A DNA stretch of 64,000 nt from Octopus sinensis (taxonomy: Eukaryota), in the NCBI RefSeq assembly GCF_006345805.1, contig NC_043002.1, positions 11,408,001 to 11,472,000 of the forward strand, in the 5' to 3' direction. Both the position numbers and the translations under genes were made by a program. How positions within the stretch are numbered: the first letter of the stretch is position 1; every line of letters starts with the position of its first letter. The notes under the pieces are model-generated. The model was not told the origin of the DNA. It searched no databases and worked only from the letters and a program-made list of their open reading frames with translations. Shown one piece after another: positions 12,396-24,605 of the stretch.

Positions 12396-13176
12396 CTTTA
12401 TGCTAGATAATACTATGAAAGTAGTTCACAGTAGTGGAAGACGAAATAAGAAGGAATTTAAATTACTGCATATTATTAATGTATGTTATTCGTCCCCAAT
12501 AACTTCGCAGTCCTCACGGCATCAATTATACGCACTGATTAGCAGCGACTGTAGCGCTTTGACCACGTTAAGACAGGACATTTACCTTGCCCACCTTTGC
12601 TGTGGTAGCCACCAGAATCTAGGAACACAGAGAAATAGAATGAGTGGTGGGGGAGAGGGTGCAAAATATTCAGACTGTTGCACTGCAACCATATTTTTTT
12701 TTTTAATCCATAAAGTGCTTTATATTTGCAATTACACAGCATGGACTGCTGGGCACAATTTATGAAAAGGAGACTACCATGCACACACGAAAAACGAAAA
12801 ATAGTTGAAATATCTCCCTCGTATATAATGGTGGCATGTTTCGCATAATCTCAAAAGTTATTAGTTGAATTGTTTGTCCTCTTGCATTCTGGAGCGGGGG
12901 AGGGGGTATCGGAGCGTTTGATTGACATTAGACCCCAACAAACGCCCATAATTCAAATACATGTATCTGGGCCACGATGGTGGCTCGTCGCGCTTTGTGT
13001 TAATTCTGCATACCGAATATATATTCTGAACGTATGTATGTTACCTTTCCTCGGCGATCTGGTTTCTCATGCTTATATTGTATTCATCAAAAGACTTAAG
13101 TTGTATTCTCATTCTTATGTTGTATTCATCAAAACTGTAGAGTCGAATGACATACATTAATTATATGCAATAATTT

Positions 13177-13355
13177 TCGCCGAGGTCGACTTTGCCTTTC
13201 ATCCTTTCGGGGTCGATAAATTAAGTACTAGTTACGTACTGGGGTCGATATAATCGACTTAATCCGTTTATCTGTCCTTGTTTGTCCCCTCTGTGTTTAG
13301 CCCCTTGTGGGTAGTAAAGAAATAGGTATTTCGTCTGCCGCTACGTTCTGAGTTC
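13177..13355 (+). mobile_element. SINE B 3' part plus start of a second unit
   Basis: ...gtaaagaaatag|gtatttcgtctgccgctacg junction at 13325/6. Confidence 0.85.
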
Positions 13356-13888
13356 CATAGCAAAACCCTTGTACTACACTTTGACAATTTTTTGTATGTT
13401 AGTATCTGAAGCAGCAGGAGATACGATAGTTTGACCAAAAGAACCACGGCTATCGCAAGCAAAAATAAAGATTGGAAAAAAAAATGCATTTTCCAATCTT
13501 TATTTTTGTGGCGTTTTTTATATATCGACCTCAAAAGGAAGAAAGGCAAAATTGATCTCGGCGGGATATGAACCCAGAGAATAGATAGTCGGATCAAATA
13601 CCGAAAGGCACCTGGTCCCACGGTTTTACGTTCGCCAAACCATCGCCCTGTATTGTTACTTTCTTCCTTCATTTTATCGACCTTAGTAGAATGAAATGCA
13701 AAATTGACCGCAACTGGATTTGAGCTCAGAAAGCGAATATTGCGAAGGATTCTATCATACTCTCTAACGAACGGGATTCTGTGACGTTCATGTTTTATTT
13801 TTATAGCATCAATGAAGACAGAAGTAACGGAAACCAGGCACCAAAGATATTCTCCAGGCCCCTACATTCCTGTAATAAAAAAATAAAC

Positions 13889-14133
13889 GCACCCTTTTAA
13901 AGCCTAGTCAGTCTCACGGGCCCGGTTTCCCGGTTTCTATGGTGTATGTGTTCCCCAGCTGGACGGGACGCCAGTCCATCGCAGCGTTACTCATTTTTGC
14001 CAGCTGAGTGGACTGGGGCAACGTGAAATGAAGTGTTTTGCTCAAGAACACAACGCGTCGCCCAGTCCAGGAATCGAAACCACAATCTTACGATCATGGT
14101 GCTGACACCCCAACCACTAAGCCACGCGCCTCC
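13889..14133 (-). mobile_element. SINE family F: tRNA head + CORE-like middle + D-type tail
   Basis: Reverse complement reads ggaggcgcgtggcttagtggtt...ttcgattcc, then gttgtgttcttgagcaaaacacttcatttcacg...cactcagctg (shared with C), then gagtaacgctgcgatggactggcgtcccgtccagc (shared with D). Confidence 0.8.
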
Positions 14134-14334
14134 ACCCTATCTTCATGTGTTCGAAGTTAAATCAATTACTTTTGAGACTTTGTTTCTGTTTTGCATAACC
14201 ACTCCCACTTTGTTGTCGTCATGCAGGTTACGTTGGGTGTGCTAAAGGTGACGGTGGTGGTGGTGGTTTCGTGTATTGCCCCGCCCACCAGCACGTTCTT
14301 TCTTGTCATTATCATAAATCCGCGCTTATTTTTT

Positions 14335-14915
14335 TACACGACGACGACGACGACTCTGATCCCCACCACCCCACCACTCCCACCACCACTCCCACCACAT
14401 CTATTTCTTCTTTTTTTTTTTTTTGACGCAAGCACCACCACTACCACCAGCACTACACCACTCCTCCTCAGCGACCACCACGTACACCAACGCGACCATA
14501 ACGCTACGACAACGACTGTTATGACAACGACGGCAGCGACTACTGTAACCGCCACCGCCACCGCCACCACCACTACAACCACCACCGCCACCACCACCAC
14601 AACCACAACACCACCACACCACCACCGCCGCCGCACCACCACCACCACCGCCGCCGCCACCACCACCACCATATCTCCGCAACTACTATCACCACACCAC
14701 CACCGCACACCCCCCCACCGCCACCCCCCACCACCACCATCACCACCACCACCACCATCACCACCACCACCACCATCACCACCACCACCACTACCTGGCT
14801 TTTACTACACACAACAAGCTCTTTCCCGTTGCGCAATGAGATTAGTGCTAATGGGTAGCTGTGAGAGTAGAAAATACTCATAGAAGTGATACGGTGTTTC
14901 GTAATTGTAGTGGTT

Positions 14916-14949
<34 letters not shown>

Positions 14950-15113
14950 CTGTGGTGGTAGTGGTGCTAAGAGTGGTTTGACGTGCTGAACGGTTTTGTA
15001 GCAGTAGGAAGTTAACGTGATAATTCTAGTGATAATGGGACGTGGTGGTAGTGGTAGTGGTAGTAGTAGTAGTAGTAGTAGTGGTGGCAGTAGTAGTAGT
15101 GGTGGTGGTGGCG

Positions 15114-15145
<32 letters not shown>

Positions 15146-15293
15146 GGCGGTAGTAGTAGTAGTAGTGGTGGCGGTAGTAGTGGTGGCGGTAGTAGTAGTA
15201 GTAGTGGCGGTAGTAGTAGTAGTAGTGGCGGTAGTAGTAGTAGTAGTGGCGGTAGTAGTAGTAGTAGTGGCGGTAGTAGTAGTAGTAATGGCG

Positions 15294-15325
<32 letters not shown>
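14335..15325. repeat. Compound trinucleotide microsatellites: (CAC/ACC)n 14335-14795; (GTA/GTG/GGC)n 14905-15325
   Basis: Directly visible; includes an 18-bp higher-order unit ggcggtagtagtagtagt. Confidence 0.95.
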
Positions 15326-15849
15326 TAAGTGACAATCACAATGGCGGTATTGTTGGAGGTGACGATGGCGGCGTAGGAATTTCGCAGTGTTTGTAGTTAG
15401 CGGTCGTTATTGTTATTGTTATTGTTGTGATGGTGGTGGTTATTTGGTCCCCCTAGGGGGTCCTTAATGAGCAAGGAGACTTATGATCGAAAGCAGGAAA
15501 GGGCAAACTTTGTTGGTTTTCGAGAAGCGGGCCGCATAAAGCATGTCTCGTGATTGGACGGGCCACAAAAACAAAAAACAAAAAACAGAATAAAAGAAAA
15601 AACTTCAAGGTAAATTTTTGCTAGTCCCTCGGGCCGCAGTTTGTCCTTGACTGAATGGTCACAGAATACTTTGTATTCTGAAGCATTCCACCCGAGACCA
15701 TTCATTGATACTTATTCTATCGGACCCTTTGGCCGAACCGCTAGGTTACGGGGACGTAACCGGTTGTCAAGCAATAGTGGTGGGGATACACACATACGTT
15801 TACATATATGTACATACATTTATATTATATGCATATACATATCACCGTG

Positions 15850-16154
15850 ATCACCGCGACCGACCATCGCTGGTCACACATCGCTACACATCGCTGGTCA
15901 CAATGCGCGTCGCATTGTTTTAGCCTTTAAATGACGCCACCCCGCTGGCTAAGCGAGTAGGCCAACAGAAGAAATAGTGAGAGAAAGTTGCGGCGAAAGA
16001 GTACAGCAGGGATCGCCACCACCACCCTGCCGGAACCTCGTGGTGCTTTAGGTGTTTTCGCTCAATAAACACTCACAACGCCCGGTCTGGGAATCGAAAC
16101 TGCGATCCTACGACCGCGAGTCCGTTGCCCTAACCATTGGGCTATTGCGCCTCC
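15850..16154 (-). mobile_element. SINE D head/middle with a distinct tail
   Basis: Reverse complement ggaggcgcaatagcccaatggttagggc...ttcgattccc and the D middle, followed by a tail unlike the other D copies. Confidence 0.75.
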
Positions 16155-16552
16155 ACACATATACACACCACACACACACACCACACACACACCACACATC
16201 ACACACAACACACACACATAGTATTATATATATAATATATATATAATATAATATATATACATACAATGTATACATATATATGTTTGTGTGTCTGTTTGTC
16301 CAACACCAACATCGCTTGACAACCGATGCTGGTGGGTTTACATCCCGTAACCTAGCGGTTCGGCAAAAGAGACCGATAGAATAAGAACTAGGCTTACAAA
16401 GAATAAGTCCTGTGGTGTCTTTGTGTCTGTGTTTATTAACCACTCCCTCGTGATACACTGTGTTGGTTCGCTTACATTCCTGCCGACTTGCAGTTCGGCA
16501 AAAGAAAACCGATAGAATAAATACCAGATATAGTATATGTATATTATATTAT

Positions 16553-16593
<41 letters not shown>

Positions 16594-17011
16594 TTATGTG
16601 TGTGTTGGTGTCTGTGTTTGTTCCCCCAACGTCGCTTGACAACCGATGCTGGTGTGTTACTTAGCGGTTCGACAAAAGTGATCGATAGAATAAGTACTGG
16701 GCTTACAAAGAATAAGTCCTGGGGTCGATTTTCTCGACTAAAGGCATTGCTCCAGCATGGCCGCAGTCAAACGACTGAAACAAGTAAAAGAGTAAAAAAA
16801 CAAAATCAGTAAATATTAGAATAAAACCATTCATTCATACATGCTTTCTTTCCTTCCTTCCTTCATTTACTCATTAATTAATTTAATTTTTCTGTAATTC
16901 TTTCTTTCACTCTGCAGTCAGTCATCGAAATATTCAGTTGTGCGCATTGTTGCTCCAGCTGGAAGACTCGCCCTTTTCTCGACTCAGCCCTGAATCATTT
17001 ATTAGCTATGG

Positions 17012-17432
17012 GGATCTTTTCGGTTTGACTGGCAGTTTTTTGTTGCGGTGTCATATGAAATTGTCACCCATAATTATGACCCTAGCATCGATCTATTACA
17101 TTTCAATCTGTTTTAGGGTTAGGGTTAGGGATGGGGGAAGAGTATCTTTTTTTCTTCAGAAATGTAAATAAACCCAATCTGTTTCTTAAACGAGGGACAT
17201 ATTCATACGGCACAGAATGTTTTTTTTTTACCTCAATGGACGTCATTGATTAGTTGAAATTGCAGAAATTGAAGAAAATAAACAACAAATATCTTACAAG
17301 CTATAGAATTTTCTCAATAAAGCCAAGAGAAAAAGATGTTTTATAAACACATTCTACCAGTATACGAAGTTTAAAAGTGTTTAGTAACGTGGAAATTATT
17401 TTAAAAAACTGCCGTTCAAACCGAAAAGATCC
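17012..17432. mobile_element. Same MITE family (copy 2, opposite orientation)
   Basis: Same TIRs. Interior is the reverse complement of 348-746, including a (TTAGGG)2-3 patch. TSD is degenerate. Confidence 0.85.
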
Positions 17433-18477
17433 TCTATGAGTCTTAGTTTTGAGGATTTTCCTTACTCTCCACGCAAGGCCTGCGGGTTGACGAGGAAGCT
17501 TTTTAATGACTACACGGCGGGATTTGATTCAGAGCACCGACAGCTCGGAACAAATATCACAAAGCGTTAGTTCCGGATATTCATACAGTCCGTGGCATAA
17601 CTAATAGGGAAGCAAGGGGAGCGACCGTTCCTTCAGAGCACACTCTTGGCACCTTTTATAAAATACATAATCATAGAATGAAAAATTGTTTGGTATGTGC
17701 CACGGTACTTTTTTCACATGTGTTCGCCCTCCACCTCACTTTAGATCCTAACTACGCCCCTGTATATAGTTCCACAAATCTATCATTTTCGATTGGTACT
17801 TTATTTATCAGTCATAAAAGGATAAAAAAAAAATTTTAATTCGAAGTTTGACCTCAGTTGAATTTGAACTCCGAAAGCAGATTACGAGTATCATAACAAG
17901 TACCGCAGAATATTTAATCCGACGCTTTAACGACTCGGCCATTTTATTAAAAACAAAAAAAAAACACTGATTTCATTCATTTATTCTTTGACTTGTTTCT
18001 GTCATTTTGACTGCGGCCATGTTGGAGCACCGCTTTAAACAGTCTTAAGTCGAAACAATCGACCCCAGAACTTATTCTTTGTAAGCCTAGTACTTATTTT
18101 ATCGGTTTCTTCTGCTGAACAGCTAAGTTATGTTTATATTTCCTTCTCGAGGCATGCCAGGCTAATGAGGGCTGGTTACCCGGTTTCCATGGCGTATATA
18201 TTCCCAACTTGGACATGACGCGAAATATTTTTTTCCACGAGAGATCCGGACCCCAATAATGAACTCATTTGCATACAGCCAATCAGAGCTCACCTTGAAA
18301 ATCCTCATACTGTATAACTACTACAGTACAGTCAGTCAGGCATAGAATAGTGTATGCCACTCTGTGAGTACAGCATAGCAAGTCTCATATAAGCACCACA
18401 ATCCTCATAGGTCAGTTGAGCATCATCTCTCTATGGAACTAGCATTAGGTACCTATGCTCAGACTGAGATTAGTAAT

Positions 18478-18895
18478 ACTCTTTTACTCTTTTACTTGTT
18501 TCTGTCATTTGACTGTGGCCATGCTGGGGCACTGCCTTTAGTCGAGCAAATCGACCCCAGGACTTATTCTTTTTAAGCCTATTACTTATTCTATCGGTCT
18601 CTTTTGCCGAACCACTAAGTTACGGGGACGTAAACACACCACAATCGGTTGTCAAGCGATGTTGGGGGGACACACACAAACACACACAAACACACACACA
18701 CACAAACACACATATATATACACATACATATATACGACGAGCTTCTTTCAGTTTCCGTCTACCAAATCCACTCAAAAGGCTTTAGTCGGCCTGAAGGTAT
18801 AGTAAGGAGACACTTGCCCAAGGTGCCATGCAGTGAGACTGAACCCGGAACCATGTGGTTCGTAAGCAAGCTACTTACCATACAGCCACCTGTAT
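18478..18895 (-). mobile_element. SINE A
   Basis: Full consensus match with internal (CA)n(TA)n. Confidence 0.9.
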
Positions 18896-18899
18896 GCAA

Positions 18900-19099
18900 A
18901 TGAGTTGTGGTCCGGAACCCCCGTGGGAAGGGGGAATTGCAGACGGGACGCCGGTATGTCACAGGGTTACTGATTTTTGCCAGCAACGTGAAATGAAGTG
19001 TTTTGCTCAAGAACACAACGCGTCGCCCGGTCCTGGAATCGAAACTACAATCTTACGATCATGAGTCCAACACCCTAACCACTTAGCCACGCGACTCCA
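18900..19099 (-). mobile_element. SINE F-like copy with variant tail
   Basis: Head and CORE-like middle match 13889-14133. Confidence 0.7.
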
Positions 19100-19348
19100 C
19101 TGAACAGCTATGTTACGGGGGACGTAAACACATCAACATCAGTTGTCAGGCGGTGGTGGTGGTGATGGGGACGGACACAGACACACATAAATATATATAT
19201 ACATGCATATACATATATACGACAGGCTTCTTTCAGTTTCCTTCGACCAAAGCCGAGGTTATAGAAGACACTTGCCCAAGGTGCTACGCAGTGTGACTGA
19301 ACCCGGAACCACGTAGTTGGGAAGCAAGCCTTTTGCCACACCTGCACC

Positions 19349-19379
<31 letters not shown>

Positions 19380-19383
19380 TATT

Positions 19384-19417
<34 letters not shown>

Positions 19418-19422
<5 letters not shown>

Positions 19423-19631
19423 TAATCCAAACATGAAAAGCACAGAAAAACACAACAACGCGAGGACGTCGAACAAATAAAGTATTATTGGACGGTCAGG
19501 AAAGAAGGGAAGAAGGAGGGTTTAACGTTTCGAGCGGAGCTCTTCGTCGGATACATAGGAGAAGGAAAGATCCGAGAAGGGAAGACAGAGGAAAAAAAAT
19601 CGCCAACGGTACCCACGAGGTCACATATTGA
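19418..19631 (-). mobile_element. Hammerhead-bearing repeat family H1 (copy in (TA)n)
   Basis: Homologous to 29579-29795. Motif at 19520-19554 reads CCGACGA-A-GAG/CUC-GAAAC-GUU, with stem I degraded. Confidence 0.75.
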
Positions 19632-19633
19632 AT

Positions 19634-19671
<38 letters not shown>

Positions 19672-20199
19672 CACCGCGCACATGACGGGCTTTTAGTTTC
19701 CGTCAACCAAATCCGCTCACAAGGCACTGGTTGAATCGAGGTTATAGCAGAAGACACTTGCCCAAGGTACCATGCAGTGGGACTGGACCCGGAACCATGT
19801 GGTTGGGAAGCAAGCTTCTAACCACACAACCACATCTCCTCCATTTTATTTTGAAGTTCCCTAAACGCATGACGTGACGTCTTCAATCACGTGAAACCTT
19901 GAGCGATTCACTTGAGTTGCCAGTCCCATCAGGCGTTACTTGGAGGCTGTTAGGTGTAATCTGAGGAAAATTGGACTGTTATTTCTCGGGTGCCACAGCG
20001 CTAGGTTGAGGTACACCACGATGGTCCACTGTGCTTTGTTGTAGTTGATAACGTTTTATGATAGTCGCGAGAACAATGACAATAGATGTGATAGTGAAGA
20101 TAATGGTGATGGTGGCGGTGGTGGAGATGGTGGTGGGTGTGATAATGGTGTTGATAACAGCTAAAACATGGTGCATTGTTCTCCAGTCTAATATTCGCT

Positions 20200-20560
20200 C
20201 TGCATGTTAGCAGATCATCACTGAAACAAATAATTTTAAATATCTCGGGGCCAAATTCACCACTGACAGGAAGCAGAAGGCTGAATTTGATGTTAAAATT
20301 GTAGATTTTGGTACACGAATGCGCCAGCTCCAAGGTTCGATTCTCACAAAAGCAGGTGCTGGTAAAGAAAAAAAAAACCCAAATTTTATGCAATATCTTT
20401 CTGTTCGGTGCGTTCGGTGAAAACGAAAAGCCGACGATCGCGCACTACACGTCTGTACTCTAGGCGCAGCAGTCGGAAACTGGCGCGGCCTACCGGCGCG
20501 ATAATGTTCATGCAGGTACCGGAAGGGTGGCATCAACTCCAACCCAAAAGATTTTCCCAG
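20200..20560 (+). mobile_element. Degraded RTE-like LINE RT remnant
   Basis: Translation ETNNFKYLGAKFTTDRKQKAEFDVKI resembles the FxYLG RT thumb region. Confidence 0.45.
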
Positions 20561-20644
20561 TAAAATCGGTTAAATAGCTTTAAACTAAATACACCTGCTT
20601 GTTGTTCCTTCATCTGTCTTTCGATTCTTGTACAAATATATATA

Positions 20645-21001
20645 TATATATATATATATAAAATCCGTTGTCTGTGTGTCTTCTAGAATCTCGGGCATCC
20701 TCCATCCGATTGCGTTCAAATTTGATATGTTGATACCGACGGTATCAGGGCGTGTATAAGTCTTGAAAAATTACAAAAATCAATTCCAGGTGAGAATACG
20801 ATCGATAAAGCCGTGGGAACGTGCATTTGTACGTGCAAGTACATCAGCTGGAGAAAAATGCACGGTGTCTTAAATTTAGGTTAAATCAGTGTTTCTCAAA
20901 GGGGAGGCCTATGGGACGGTCGGACAAGTTGTTTTGAGAAAATTTGGTTTAAATGTTTGACAACTCAGCACCGTCCATTGGACGGAGGGAGTTTCGCTCG
21001 T
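20645..21001 (+). mobile_element. Probable non-autonomous Helitron
   Basis: Starts in (TA)n-aaa followed by a tgtctgtg/ccgatt/aaattt segment. Ends with hairpin ccgtcc-att-ggacgg (20971-20985) about 11 nt before ctcg-t (CTRR-like, one mismatch). Confidence 0.45.
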
Positions 21002-21673
21002 ATATATATATATATATGTCACAATAAGGATATTTCAATCACTTATAGGGACATCTATCCAAGATACACTGATTTAATAAATTAAATTTTGAAGAGATAA
21101 TTTTTCAATGAATATATTTTATAGAATATCGTATGATATCAAACATTTTTTTGAGTTAGAAAACAAATCTATTAGATACAAATCAATTCATTAATTAATC
21201 CACATATTTATTAACAATTGTTTCGTTTCACAAATAAGATTAAAATTACGAAACATACCTAGATATATCATTTTGCACTTTAAATTCCTTATAAGGAAAA
21301 TCATCAGGATGTTCAAAGGACAATAAAGAGTATTATTAGGATACTTTCGGAATATACAGAATATTTAAAGATGTTTACTATGTTTTGGGTTGTCCGGAAA
21401 GTTCGTGCTGATTTATAGAAGCTTACCTTTCGACTTTTTAGAACATGGTTGAGTCCATATTCACAAATTGGCCAACATTTGGAATTCAACTTGGAACTGG
21501 AACAATAGAATGATTGCATTCCAGAATTATTTCTCATCCGTCCTTAACCTCTGATCAAATACCACCGGGGCATATAGTAATTATAGACGTATTATGGCAA
21601 TGTTAATCAACTCTTTTAATTTTGGGCTGCAGGAGCTAGCCTAAAAGTTCGAACGAAGTGAGGCTTCTAATCT

Positions 21674-21705
<32 letters not shown>

Positions 21706-21711
<6 letters not shown>

Positions 21712-22140
21712 ATATTTAGGAATGGTCATATTGCCAGTTTAGCCAATAAAAACACACGCACTATATATTTGGTGTTATTTTGCTTCAGTGATATTTATTT
21801 CTTACATTAATCTTAATCTTATTTCGGCCAAAGTTCTTCGTCACACTCCTGTGACCGCATCAGTGGTCCTTTGTTTTCTTCTCACTTACTTGTGTTCTCC
21901 TTACTAACCGTCAGCCATTTTGTATTTCAAAATGGCTACGGTAGTAGGAGAGACACAAGTAAGTGAGAAGAAAACAAAGGACCACTGATGCGGTCACAGG
22001 AGTGTGACGAAAGAACTTTGGCCGAAATAAGATTAAGATTAATGTAAGAAAAAATCACTGAAGCAAAATAACACCAAATATATAGTGCGTGTGTTTTTAT
22101 TGGCTAAACTGGCAATATGACCATTCCTAAATATAAAAAT
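21706..22140. repeat. Foldback palindrome, ~215-bp arms, 5-nt loop
   Basis: 21706-21922 is the near-perfect reverse complement of 21928-22140; it starts at a (TA)n tract. Confidence 0.92.
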
Positions 22141-22195
22141 ATCTGTTTCAACACACGACTTCACATAAAAAATCTTGCACAACAATATTTAAACG

Positions 22196-22243
<48 letters not shown>

Positions 22244-22247
22244 GCCG

Positions 22248-22418
22248 GAGTAAACACATAAATGTGAAACAAGGTGGAAAAAAGAGTACTCAAATACCAG
22301 GGGTATAGTAATATGCAGCAGAAATTCAACAAAACCTGTTAACAAAACTGTCCGACGAACGGGAACGTGAAACTCCGAGTAACAGGTTTTGTTGAATTTC
22401 TGCTGCTTTTAAATAAAG
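22248..22418 (+). mobile_element. Hammerhead-bearing repeat family H3 (rearranged copy in (TA)n)
   Basis: Homologous to 49930-50075; motif at 22345-22390. Confidence 0.7.
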
Positions 22419-22443
22419 TATATATATATATATATATATATAT

Positions 22444-22652
22444 AGTTAATCCAAACATGAACAAGCAAGAAAAAGCAACAACGCGAGGACGTGGAGTAAG
22501 TACAGTGCTATTGGACGCTCAGGAAAAGAAAGAAAAGAAAGAGGATTTCACGTTTCGAGCATACACTCTTCATCAGAAATATAGAAAAAGGTCCAAAGAA
22601 GGGAAGAAGGAGAAAGAAAATCGCCAACGATACACACCCGGTTACATAATGA
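22444..22652 (-). mobile_element. H1 copy
   Basis: Motif at 22545-22580 reads AUUU-CUGAUGA-A-GAG/CUC-GAAAC-GUG-AAAU; the GUG triplet is non-cleavable. Confidence 0.75.
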
Positions 22653-23241
22653 AATGACCGAAAGGGAATGGGTGAAGAAAAAGTTCTTTCAAAGACAGGA
22701 GAGTGCAAGAGAAGGAGGCATGTGTGTGTCTGTGTGTGCGCGCAGGTCTGTGTGTGTGTGTGGCTGTGGCTGTTTATCTATGTGTGTGGCTGGGCTTAGT
22801 ATCGTTTAAGGTCATAGGAAGAATTTATAGTAAGAATTTTGATAATATATTTCTAGTTTTGACCATTATTTTTAGCAATGCTGGTGCTTACAAGCTCTTT
22901 TCATCACTTTAATGACAACTGTATATACACACACACACACAAACGTATAGTAAAATGAGGATTCGGATGGAATCAGGTACTTGAAAAGGTATGCACCAGG
23001 TAGGGTTGGGTAATCTCCGTGGTTCTGGCCTATGGTTGGTGAGAGTCAAAATATCAGGATATTTCGGTTGTGTACATAGTGAAACCAACCCTAGGAGTAT
23101 TTAGTGCCTAAGGGGCTGGTCCAAGTCATGCGTTACTTTGAATTGTACGTTGTAGGTATAGTCTAAGGTGTCCGACAAGTCGTAAATTTCCTCGGTGTAT
23201 TATAATCAAATGAATAATAACGGACGATGGATAATTGTCAG

Positions 23242-23326
23242 CTCATAACAGCTGTTTCTTACGTAACTTTTTAATAAAAGACTGAGAACATTACTCCATT
23301 ACAAAAGACCGTAATCATCAGATGAA
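23242..23326 (-). ncRNA. Predicted type I hammerhead ribozyme with canonical core and long stem II loop
   Basis: Minus strand: UUCAU-CUGAUGA-UUACG...CGUAA-GAAA-CAGCUG-UU/AUGAG. Stem I is 5 bp, stem II 5 bp, stem III is palindromic ACAGCUGU. Confidence 0.65.
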
Positions 23327-23429
23327 ATGTAATTTTACAAACAAAAGAATATCGCAAGAATACAGCAGGGATGTGGCTGAGGTCTGTCAAGGCCAACTAT
23401 GGAATGGTAGGATGACCAACAATGTTGTC

Positions 23430-23990
23430 CGTTGTCAACTGATGAAGAATTAAGGACCCTCAGTGTCCGGTTGTATACATATGGGTTGTATACATATAGC
23501 TACTGGGAAAGACTGCAAGTATTAAAACTCTTTTCCCTGGAGCGAAGGCGGGAGAGATATGCAGTGATATACATCTGGAAAATCCTGGCGGGTCTTGTCC
23601 CAAACTTTGGCATTCAAAGTTACCCCAACCGCAGAACGGGGCGCCACTGCATGGTGCCAAAGATTCCAACATCACCATTAAAATACAAGACCAGATACTG
23701 CAACAGCTTGGGTTTCAGAGGACCACAGCTCTTCAATATCCTCCCTAAATGCTTGAGAGACCTACATGGTGTGGATGTGGGTTTCTTTAAAACTAAACTG
23801 GGTCCCAGATGAACCTACCTCTCGACAGGAAACACAGATGCGGGCAGCGGCATCGAACTCCCTTGTTGATCAAGTGCCACGTATCAGAGGTGGTTTCACA
23901 TACTAGTGTAGCTCATTCAAGGGTGGTGCCCCAGCATGGCCGCAGCCTTCGGGTTGAAACATTTTTAAGGATTTAAGGATTTTAAGGATA
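23430..23990 (+). mobile_element. 5'-truncated CR1/L2-group LINE 3' end (LINE-a)
   Basis: YWERLQVLKLFSLERRRERYAVIYIWKIL...NSLGFRGPQLFNILP...FKTKL, then (frameshift) PDEPTSRQETQMRAAASNSLVDQV, a 3' UTR hairpin and a (TTTAAGGA)n-type tail. Confidence 0.85.
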
Positions 23991-24230
23991 TGTCTTTTAA
24001 TCTGTCGTTTATTTACTATGAATTTTTCATTTATTACATTATGCTTTCGGTGCGAATGGCTTCCTTTATTATGGCACCGTGATTTGCAATCCTGTAAACA
24101 ATAATAATGGTAATAGAGTTCTATATTTAAGAGATGAGGAATTATGAAGGCTGGAGGGCATATCAGCCGAAACGTATTAACAAACAAGATGAGGACAAAT
24201 ATCCGTCAAATGTAAATAATGTAAATAATA

Positions 24231-24443
24231 ATGGTATTTTTATATAAGCTTAAAGCTCATGGCGATCTCCGTGCAATGACTAAGGAAAATAGTCAAATAA
24301 AGGGGCATATAAGCCCTCGACAGAAAAGAGAAGGCTAGGAAAGCTTTTTCTTCTGTCGAGGGCTTATATGCTCATTTATTAGACTATTTTCCTTAACCAT
24401 TGCACGGTGATTGCCATGAGCTTTAAGCTTATATAAATACCAT
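24231..24443. repeat. Foldback palindrome, ~95-bp arms
   Basis: 24231-24325 pairs with 24351-24443. Confidence 0.88.
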
Positions 24444-24605
24444 ATATCAGCCGAAATTGCGAGGATGATCTGGTTCTTGACTGAAGATTAGAGGCTTCGA
24501 ATGACCCATCCGTTCTTTTTGTGTCGTCTATTTGAATGTTTTGCGTTCTTGTCCCATTTTGTATTTATATATATATTTTTTATACACGTATATATATATA
24601 TATAT

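Noticed and set aside
14191-15335. Poly-Thr/His/Pro/Ser/Gly ORFs resembling mucin or structural proteins
   Set aside because: Several frames on both strands are open because of trinucleotide repeats; no splice or domain evidence.
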